The notes under the pieces are model-generated. The model searched no databases. It saw only the letters and a program-made list of their open reading frames with translations, and was not told the origin of the DNA. Shown piece after piece: positions 10,045 to 18,785 of a DNA stretch of 64,000 nucleotides. A program made the position numbers and the translations under genes. The stretch covers positions 1 to 64,000 of the forward strand of contig CAWJCY010000004.1 in assembly GCA_963841565.1 (NCBI GenBank), written 5' to 3'. How positions within the stretch are numbered: the stretch's first letter is position 1; every line of letters begins with the position of its first letter. This DNA is from an uncultured Nitrososphaerales archaeon (lineage in GTDB: Archaea; Thermoproteota; Nitrososphaeria; Nitrososphaerales; Nitrososphaeraceae).

Positions 10045-11203
10045 TCAGCTGTAGGTTCTCACGATGGTTTTCATATCCTTTAATGCAACGCCGACTCGAT
10101 TGGAACTTTTCATATAATATGCCCCCTTTACACTGTTGGTAATGATTGAATCAGTGTTGTCTCTGGTTATTAATGGCGAGAGACACATGCAAGAGTCGCA
10201 CATAAATTCTGCCCCTGATGACTCTACTTTTGAAGCTAATCCAATTTTCCTAGCTTGATCATGGATGTATCTTGAACAGAAAATAATGCACCTTCTATCA
10301 AATTTTCGTCCCGAAATAAGATCATGCAGATAAGTTAACTCGCTTAGTCCGAGCTGTGGGCTACCGAACATAATGAGGTCGCCATCCTCGTCAGTACTCA
10401 ACTCGTCTGTGGCTTTACACATTTCCTCCTCACCTATTGCAACGGATTCACTTTTCGGCACATTGCCAGACGTAAACATTCCACAGGATCCTGAGGTTCC
10501 TAGTCCTGAGGCGATTGCTTTTGCAGGCATCATTTCCATTCTGCTTTTCAGATCTGAAAAAGCAATACAGTCTATCATTGGCGATTTTTCCGGCTATATA
10601 GCCAAGTAGGCCGTAATCAGTTTCAGTATTTATCGCGATACCCCTGCATTTTATGGCCACCCTCGGTGTTCGTGACTTCTCTATTCGAAGATCAGAATAT
10701 GGAGACTTTCCTGTTATGGCACTTGCAAGTGCACTAAGAGCGCTTTCCTTATTAGTCATCAATCCCAGGAAAGAATTGGAAAAGACGGCTGCGCTGCTTT
10801 CAGCGAAACTCACAGAGGTACCTTTTTTTGGAAGTTTAAATATTTCATAAGGAGTACAAGAAAAAGATTGTGTGGCTCCCATTTTTTTATAACTTTCCAC
10901 AATTTGCATTTGCTTTGACAAAAATTTTTGAGAGAGTGTATTTGGTTTACTTCTATCATAGCCCATAGGATTGATCGTCGTCCTTACCCTGAAACGTACA
11001 CCATTTGCCACTTCCTGTAAGAAATCAACTCCTGCATCACCGATAGTATTATAATTTACGCCAGAAATATGAGCCCATTCTATAGGAACAAGTTTTTCTG
11101 CTTCAGTTGCCTGTCCTATCGCCGACAGCACTCTATATGCAGATGCATATACTTCTCCCTTACTCCCAGCAAGAATTTTTTCTTCGGATTTGGTAAGTTG
11201 CAA
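10045..11203 (-). CDS. aconitase X catalytic subunit (DUF521); probable phosphomevalonate dehydratase large subunit; +1 frameshift near 10571 (probable sequencing error)
   Basis: HISGVNY, SCTPY, ESSA in the upstream ORF; GSPQ, DSCMC, TNSVKG in the downstream ORF; deleting T10571 fuses them (NDSCIAF). Confidence 0.88.
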
Positions 11204-11302
11204 TGATAATTATCTCTCGATAAATATCAGAAAAATGGGAAGATTCAACCTGCCCGACACCTATTTTGAGCCCTTGAGAGGTGTTTCTGGAGATTTAAAA
11301 GG

Positions 11303-11566
11303 TCATGCAGGACAACCTTCCATTTTTTGAATATAGTATCCGTTACTTTGAATATCTGTCTCTATCGTCGGTGGAGCTTGCTGTATGTGACAGAATTGAC
11401 ATTCTTCTTGGGTCATCTGTAGTTCTCCCTCACCAACGCTTTCTAGATACTTCTTGCCAAATTCGATAGCTTTTTCGTGCGGAGTCTTAGACTCCACTAC
11501 TACATCAAAATGCATAACGTTTCCATCTTTCTTTCTAACGTATGTATCATATACTGCGCACTGCAT
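11303..11566 (-). CDS. DUF2024 family protein
   Basis: VYDTYV..MHFDV..ECQFCH..GYYIQKMEGC pattern. Confidence 0.8.
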   Translation of the reverse strand: MQCAVYDTYVRKKDGNVMHFDVVVESKTPHEKAIEFGKKYLESVGEGELQMTQEECQFCHIQQAPPTIETDIQSNGYYIQKMEGCPA

Positions 11567-11693
11567 GAGAATATTCGCCTGTTAACTCTATTTATTCTAA
11601 TCTCTCAATATCGAAGTGTTTCTAGGTTTGCGACATGTTGATACACTGATAGTTCTACTTATTCCTTGAATAGTAGCGAATTGAAAGAACTTG

Positions 11694-12059
11694 CTATTCT
11701 TTTCTTATATCAATTGCAAGAATATCTCCGACCTGCGGATTTCCAATTTTCTGGAATCTCCTCTTAGGCATGGTAATCTGTATGGTTGCCTGAGAATATG
11801 TATTAACGACGGTCTGTGGTTGAGCTCGAAGGATGGCTTCCAGGAACGGCTTTACTTGCTGCTTTATGTCCTTATCTGACACGAGATTGTCAATTGAATC
11901 CAATATTAGCTGTTGCTGCGACACCTTTTCCAGCTCTACATCCTCAGTGAGGCTCAAGGTAATGCTCATTCCGGTATCAATTAGCTGGTTAACTTTATAC
12001 CTGGTGACAGTTTCGGTTCGATTCTCCATAATCCACAGGACTAACGAAATTCTCATCAT
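11694..12059 (-). CDS. hypothetical protein, possibly arcadin-1-like
   Basis: C-terminal FQKIGNPQVGDILAIDI motif, resembling the 59594 ORF. Confidence 0.55.
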   Translation of the reverse strand: MMRISLVLWIMENRTETVTRYKVNQLIDTGMSITLSLTEDVELEKVSQQQLILDSIDNLVSDKDIKQQVKPFLEAILRAQPQTVVNTYSQATIQITMPKRRFQKIGNPQVGDILAIDIRKE

Positions 12060-12330
12060 ATTTTAACCATCTTATTGGTCAGCTTTGAAAATAGGACTTG
12101 GCCTTAGAAGGGGTCGGAATAAAGTCGCCAACCTAATTCTCGGCTGTTTGAACTACTACCAATATTAGGATTATTTGGAATACTCTTGCTGACTTAGGGA
12201 GAAGATGATCCATTAATTTTCAATGCAAACAATATCAATCATAACAAACCACTGTACGTATCCCCACTAAAATATTACTAGTTTTCACTATCTTACTGTA
12301 TATTAAACAATAAAACCATAAATTGCTCGG

Positions 12331-13551
12331 TTGTTAGATAATAATACTCGTGGGTTCACTCTGCCTAAACAGGACTTTGAAATAATTAACATGAGGTCAC
12401 AGTCAAGCTGTTTGAAAACTGAAAATTATCCTCGCTTCGACAAGGTCCTTATAATAGGTTTGGGCCAGCTTGGCCTTCCGGTGGCAAAATATGTGAAGGA
12501 GAAAGGATTTGATGTATACGGATATGATATTAGTCAGAAAGCAATACAGCGTGCAGAAAAGATAGCTGCAATAAAGAAAGCTGATAATTTTAGTGAATTT
12601 GATGTATACATTATTTGTATCTCTACACACAAGCCAGATGATATGTTTACACCTCAGATAGATGGTTTGTTGTCCATTGTACAAGAGAAAATTGCAAAGG
12701 AAGCCAAAAATGGTGCACTTGTCTCAATAGAGAGTACTATTCCAAGGGGAACATCTAAGAAGGTATTTGAGATGCTAAACCATAGATTACATGTTGCACA
12801 CATACCTCATAGATGGTATGCTTTAGAAGAAAAAGAGCATGGAGTTAACCAGTTACGTGTAGTTGGAGGAGTGTGTGATTGTTGTCTTAATGCAGCTGTA
12901 CAGTTCTATGGTCAAATTAATGTTAGCAACAACATAAACAACAACAACGACAGCAACAACAAAATCAATATTGATAATGGTAATGGCAATTCAAATGGCA
13001 ATGCAAATGGTAAAAACAGCATCCTCATGGGCGATACCGGCATCGAAATCACGCCTTCAACTATGGACGATGCTATTGCTACTTCTTCTTCTTCTTCTTC
13101 CACAACTGGCAAAAAAAATAATGACATCAATTACACTCCTAATCTAGAAATACCATTACATCCTGTTTCTGATGTAGAAATTGCTGAAATAACAAAGATA
13201 GCTGAAAATGCGCATAGATATCTTCAAATAGCTTTTGCAGAGGATATCTACCTTTACTGTCAATCCAATAGCATAAACTTCCCAGAATTGCGTGAAGCCC
13301 TAAATACCAAATGGAATGTAGAGATACTCGAGCCCAGAGACGGCATAGGAGGACATTGTCTGCCAAAAGACACCAAAATGTTTCTACAATCGTCAAAATC
13401 AGTTGCTACGAGGAGCCGGATATTAAAAGCATCAATGGAAGTAGATGAAGAATACAAGAGATACAGATTATCACGAGCATCACAAACCGCAAACATACAG
13501 ACCAGTCGTAGGACTGGAAGAACTAGCTCTGTCGATTATGTCTCTCCATAA
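12331..13551 (+). CDS. UDP-glucose/UDP-ManNAc dehydrogenase family protein with low-complexity insertion, lacking the C-terminal domain
   Basis: IIGLGQLG Rossmann motif, IESTIPRGT, KIAENAHR..IAF, GIGGHCLPKD catalytic Cys; start codon uncertain. Confidence 0.85.
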   Translation: MLDNNTRGFTLPKQDFEIINMRSQSSCLKTENYPRFDKVLIIGLGQLGLPVAKYVKEKGFDVYGYDISQKAIQRAEKIAAIKKADNFSEFDVYIICISTHKPDDMFTPQIDGLLSIVQEKIAKEAKNGALVSIESTIPRGTSKKVFEMLNHRLHVAHIPHRWYALEEKEHGVNQLRVVGGVCDCCLNAAVQFYGQINVSNNINNNNDSNNKINIDNGNGNSNGNANGKNSILMGDTGIEITPSTMDDAIATSSSSSSTTGKKNNDINYTPNLEIPLHPVSDVEIAEITKIAENAHRYLQIAFAEDIYLYCQSNSINFPELREALNTKWNVEILEPRDGIGGHCLPKDTKMFLQSSKSVATRSRILKASMEVDEEYKRYRLSRASQTANIQTSRRTGRTSSVDYVSP

Positions 13552-13743
13552 TCAATAGCCACAAAGACAGCAATACCACCTGATCTCAAACATATTGGAT
13601 TAGGGAATATCTTCTGTCTCAATGGTCTACCTTGTTTGAGAAATAGAGGTTCCCTGTGGAATCATTATCACGGTAAGTACGTAAATTTTTTAGTCCAATC
13701 TGATGGTTCATCAAAGGCTTTAATTCGAGTAAAGAAATTTAAG

Positions 13744-14895
13744 TTAGAAGTAATCAGGAACATCAGAATTTTCTAATCCTTGATTGACTGATCCAACTTT
13801 TCTTAATTGTTCATATGCGGCAAGATCCACAAAAACTTCATTCCAATACCTCATACAGACCAATCTCCTACAATTGCTAACTTGTTCTATTTTTTCATCG
13901 AAGACGGCGTTTCTAAATACAATATCAGGTTCATTAATGCCAGCATATGAACGAAGCGGACATGTAGCTGAGAAGCGTGGGTTAATCTCAAATATCTTTA
14001 TTGTTCCATTTTGCAAGGATTCACTAAGGTTTCTGGGCTCAAATTCTGGAGCAGTCTGTCCAGAGCCTGTCAATTCTTCGTTTGGAACATACTTTGCTTG
14101 AATGTTGACAGCACCTGTCACACCTAATCTTTCTGCTGCATTTTCAGCTGACTGCCTGACTATTGGATACTCGTCAATAAACGCCTTGTAAGTTTGCCCG
14201 CCCTTCAAATATTTCCTAATTGAGATGGAGGACATGGTGTATGTGCCATTCTTGTCAATTGTTACACCAGATGTAAATTCATCATCCAGACCTGGCAAAA
14301 ATTCTTGAAGCATCGGCTTCCAGCCATATTCCTGAATTTTAGTTAATGCATATTCGATCTCATCAGTAGATTTAGTGACAAAGAAGTTGACTGAACCGAA
14401 TCCCTCTCGCGGTTTGACCACCAAAGGGAATCCAAACTCCTCGATAAATTCATCCATGTTCTCGGGGAGACAAGACTCGGCACAGCCCAGATTATTGGCC
14501 TTCAGAAACTTGTACGTTTCCCATTTGTCCCGTGCAATCATTATAACGTCCAATTCGTTGACTAACGCTTTGGTTGGAGATTCCATTTCGATTCTCTTCT
14601 TTGCGTTAGCAATAGCCATTAATTCTTCATCCGAACCCACGAAAAGGGCATCAACATCGTAATTCCTTAGAAGCTTGATGATTGAACCAATATACTCTGG
14701 ATTGGACGCCTTTGGGACCGTTACACCGATATCAGATCTGTAAAGACCGGCTGCCAGTGGACTGGAATCAACAGCCAGGATTCGATAACTGTTTGGAGAT
14801 TGAGATGAACTAGTTGCTAATCGTAGAGACTTCATGATCCCCTGACCTACAATTCCACCTGCAGCAGTAACTAGCACTGTTGCATTTTTCTTCAT
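13744..14895 (-). CDS. ATP-grasp ligase (CarB-like, carbohydrate-associated type)
   Basis: VLVTAAGG, DKWETY, VVKPREGFGS, LQEFLPG, FEINPRFS. Confidence 0.9.
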   Translation of the reverse strand: MKKNATVLVTAAGGIVGQGIMKSLRLATSSSQSPNSYRILAVDSSPLAAGLYRSDIGVTVPKASNPEYIGSIIKLLRNYDVDALFVGSDEELMAIANAKKRIEMESPTKALVNELDVIMIARDKWETYKFLKANNLGCAESCLPENMDEFIEEFGFPLVVKPREGFGSVNFFVTKSTDEIEYALTKIQEYGWKPMLQEFLPGLDDEFTSGVTIDKNGTYTMSSISIRKYLKGGQTYKAFIDEYPIVRQSAENAAERLGVTGAVNIQAKYVPNEELTGSGQTAPEFEPRNLSESLQNGTIKIFEINPRFSATCPLRSYAGINEPDIVFRNAVFDEKIEQVSNCRRLVCMRYWNEVFVDLAAYEQLRKVGSVNQGLENSDVPDYF

Positions 14896-15085
14896 TGAAA
14901 ATCTCTCTAACCCCTTTCCTTAATCAGTTTACGAGTCGGTCGAGATGTCAATTTCTTCATTGATAACGGTGTTTATGCCGAAAGCTGCTGGTACAACTAT
15001 TTGTGATGCCGCTATAGATAATGTACGTAGTAGAGAATTAATCAAAAATATAATCAAATTGTTGGATCGCTTTCCCTACTATAAG

Positions 15086-16766
15086 TTAACCAAACACCGT
15101 GATGGGCGTTGCCAGGTCATCGTTCTGAATTAGGGTATTTCTCCACATATTTTCGGTGTTTCCTAATCCGAAATTTACTGCATAGTCGATTATGCATGGC
15201 TTGAGGGTAGTGGCTTTTATCACTTTGTCACTAATTTTCAATAACTGTCTTGTATTCCTTTGTTCTTGCTTCAAGACAGCTAGTTCGTTTAGGACACCTT
15301 GGAGGTCCTGCCCATCCTTGGCCAAATCTTTTCTCTTAGACAATAAGGGGGCCACCTTTGCGTTGAAGTTGGAAAGAGCAATTCTGAGATGCTCAGCATA
15401 TTTAATAACCTGAGCTGAATTTTTGAATTTTAATGATTGTAGGGCTTCTCTTTGGCCCAATCCTGAGTAGACATCCTCTGATGCCCAAATGACAGTGATA
15501 GGCATCCTTATGGAGAGTTCTTTAAATACCAATCTTCCGACCATTGTGTAGTCCATGCTGCCACCTGTGCCGGATGCGTAACAGCATAGACCTAAATCCC
15601 TGGAAAGTAATAAGAGAATCGGGATAGCTCTCGGAGACAATTCATTCAGTGTACCACCTGGTATCGTCTGAGATCCGTTGAGTCTTACGGTAAGAGGTCT
15701 CTTACACGATATGCAGGTTCCCGACAAGTCAAAGATACCACTTTCAACTTCATTCAATTTAACTGAGGCCTTACTTCCGCATTTGCAATGCAGCCAAACT
15801 GGGGCGTTAAGATACGTACTTTGACTAACACCCGTATTGATACCATTACGCAGAAACATCATATCACTCTCACTCAGTATTCTTGAATATTTTCTGAAAT
15901 TATTGAGCAGAAAATTAAACCCTCCTTCGAAAACTTCTGAAATATCTGATAATCGTACGAACAATGTGTCGTATCCCCACAACTTATTGACCACTCTAGA
16001 TATAATGAAAGAATTGAGATCAGCATACGATCTTGCCCTATTGTATGATTCGTCCACCTCTTTCCAAAATTGTTCCAAGTTCTCAAAAAGTGCAAGTCTT
16101 TCGTTTTTTTCAAGGCCTAAAGAAAGGGCTCCATTTTTTATCCAAGAAGCCACCTGTTTTCTCCAATGTTCAACGATCGTTACAGAGGGAACTTCCATAT
16201 TTCGAACCAATTTCCATCTATTTGAATCTGTAATAGGCATTCTTAATTCTAGAATGCCATCCGAATGTCTTACGCTTGGAAGCTGAGCGACCCTTATCCA
16301 AACGTCATCCATAAAATCATGATCGACTATTAAAAACAGATTGATGAATCTAGTATTGGTCTCGGTTGTATCGTTCCCTTTTTCCAGCATTGATTTGATA
16401 GTTTGGAGAAGAATTATCTTTTTGAATACTCCGCCATAAGCAAATAGATTTGGTTGATGTATAGATACCAAAATTTGGGCAGATGGGGTTTGCATATTCA
16501 TTCTATTCTTGTCTACGGCTGGAAAATCAGTACCAGCTTGTTCATGAAAGGCGAGCAATATGCTTTGCCAGTTTCCTGCGATTAGATAAAATATTCTCAA
16601 TATTAGTAACTGTTAATTGCTCTCTTACTCTTTTTACTGCATCTGACAAACTTTCAGGAATGGACGAAATATATTCTGACAGTATGGGGTTGTTTACTCT
16701 TTCATACTGAGAAAATAGGGATCTGATGCATTGTGTCGTTGGACTTATAGATGCTTCAGCACACAT
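15086..16766 (-). CDS. BshC/WbqC-like HUP-fold protein with zinc ribbon and coiled coil; +1 frameshift near 16550
   Basis: IHQPNLFAYGGVFKK, IVDHDF, WLHCKCG..CISC; the 74-aa ORF at 16542-16766 joins after a 1-nt deletion (about 559 aa). Confidence 0.6.
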
Positions 16767-16905
16767 AGAGTATTAATAGATTATCAACTAAGCTCCACTA
16801 TATAAATTTCCATGATTTGACATTTAGTATACCGATCTAAGAAGATTGGATATTATGCTCTATGAATCAAATACTACAACTTTTTTTCATATTAATGGAG
16901 AATGT

Positions 16906-17536
16906 CTAGGAGTTAGTGCCAACAAACTGAACTAATCCAATAATTCTACTAAATTCTCCAATTTCATTCAGTGAATGAGCATCGCTACCGAGATGAAACT
17001 CTACATTGTGCTCTTTGAATTTGCGGACCCAGTCAATAGGGGGTCTATTATATTTCGCATTTAATTCTACGATTTTACCATGTTCTTTGAGAAGCTCGCA
17101 TATTTCTATTAATTCCTCGCTATCCAAGCTAAAACTCGGTTCCGGAGCCAAATGTCCAATAACATTAACGTCGGGATTCCGAATTGCATTTTTAATTGCA
17201 TTCATCCAGATTTCTTTGTTACCGTAAATGGTATGGAAGCTCAGCTATTATGAAGTAATCTTCGCTATACTTTGAAAGACAGTCAATCGATCCGTCTCTA
17301 AGAATCTTTGCTTCAAACCCTGTGATTAATTTCAGGCTGGGTCTAGTATTATTACTTTCGATTTCATTCACATACCTTTCGATCCAATTCGATTCTCTTC
17401 TGACATGTTCTGTGAATGCCAGCGTCCTTAAACCAATTGATTCAGCATACCTTACAGCTGATGCAACATTTAGATCAGGGGAAGAATGATCATTATAACT
17501 TGTATGAACATGAAAGTCTTCCTTAATATTTATCAA
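16906..17536 (-). CDS. PHP-domain phosphoesterase; +1 frameshift at 17242
   Basis: DFHVHT, FTEH, GFEAK, VIGH, LGSDAH motifs split over two ORFs; deleting C17242 restores IASFH. Confidence 0.88.
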
Positions 17537-17635
17537 TCCAAATCACAATGGCTAATTTTTTATTAATGCCTTTCAAGTGCTCCAAATCTTTATAAGAAAC
17601 AATTGAATGTCATTTAAACAGCCCTGGTTGTCCAT

Positions 17636-18649
17636 TTGTCAAATAAAAAGGTATCCACGATTTTAGTTCCAGGAGCAGCTGCTCCTGCGGGCATCAATGC
17701 AATAAAATCGCTGAGAATGGGGGGTTTTCAGGGGAAGATAGTAGCCACTGATTCAAGTTATCTATCACCAGGTTTTTTCATGTGTGAAGCTAACGAGGTG
17801 ATACCTGAGGCTGACAATCATTATTTTATAGATAGACTAAACGAGATAGTCGAGAAGTATGGAGTTAATTTACTATTACCTACATCTGGATTTGATATTT
17901 ATCCTTACAGTGAATTTAAAGAACAGTTGATAAAAAGAGGAGCGTTTCCTGTGGTTAGCGATATGGATAGCCTCCTAACATGTAAGGATAAGATGTTAAC
18001 ATATGAACGTCTAAAAAGTAACTTCGACCTTCCTTTTACTACCATGGATCCGACAGAGATTGGTTCTTTTCCGATCATGGCAAAACCGAGATATGGAAAG
18101 GGCAGTAGAGATATTATGCGATTAGACAACAGTGATGATATAAGATACATCACTTCCAAGATGAAAGATTTGATTTTTCAGGAGTTTCTTCCTGGTACAG
18201 AATATACTATAGATGTTCTATCTGATTTAGAGAAGAGAGCTTTGATGGCCGTTCCTAGAATAAGAATCCAAACCAAAGCAGGAATATCCACGAAGGGAAG
18301 GATCTTGAAAAATAGTAAAATCGAAGAAGAATGTAAGCAGATAGCAAATTTCATAGGCATCAAAGGCCCGTGCTGCATTCAAATGAAAGAGGATGTGAAC
18401 GGGATTGTGAAGCTTGTAGAAATTAATCCGAGAATGGGTGGCGGAACAATTTTTACAACACTGGCAGGTGCAAACTTTCCGATGATGCTAATAGATATGG
18501 TTGAGCACAAAAAAGTAAAGATGCCTGAGATTAAGGAGATTACTGTAATTAGGTATTATGAAGAGATAGTGATTCGGGCGGCCACGGATCAGAGAGTGCT
18601 TTCCGCCGAACAAGATATTGTGACTAGATCACACCCAGATATGATGTGA
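17636..18649 (+). CDS. ATP-grasp ligase (paralog of the 13744 gene)
   Basis: ILVPGAA, DKMLTY, AKPRYGKGSR, FQEFLPGTEYT, VEINPRMGGG. Confidence 0.9.
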   Translation: MSNKKVSTILVPGAAAPAGINAIKSLRMGGFQGKIVATDSSYLSPGFFMCEANEVIPEADNHYFIDRLNEIVEKYGVNLLLPTSGFDIYPYSEFKEQLIKRGAFPVVSDMDSLLTCKDKMLTYERLKSNFDLPFTTMDPTEIGSFPIMAKPRYGKGSRDIMRLDNSDDIRYITSKMKDLIFQEFLPGTEYTIDVLSDLEKRALMAVPRIRIQTKAGISTKGRILKNSKIEEECKQIANFIGIKGPCCIQMKEDVNGIVKLVEINPRMGGGTIFTTLAGANFPMMLIDMVEHKKVKMPEIKEITVIRYYEEIVIRAATDQRVLSAEQDIVTRSHPDMM

Positions 18650-18785
18650 CTTTTAACGCATTTTGTATCTGGTAGGAATACCGATTGATCAAACGAATAA
18701 GAAATACTTCTATCCTTAACTTCTATGCCTTAACTTCATTTTCATTCATTCGAATTTTATCATATTCTAATTCTCACCAACGTTA

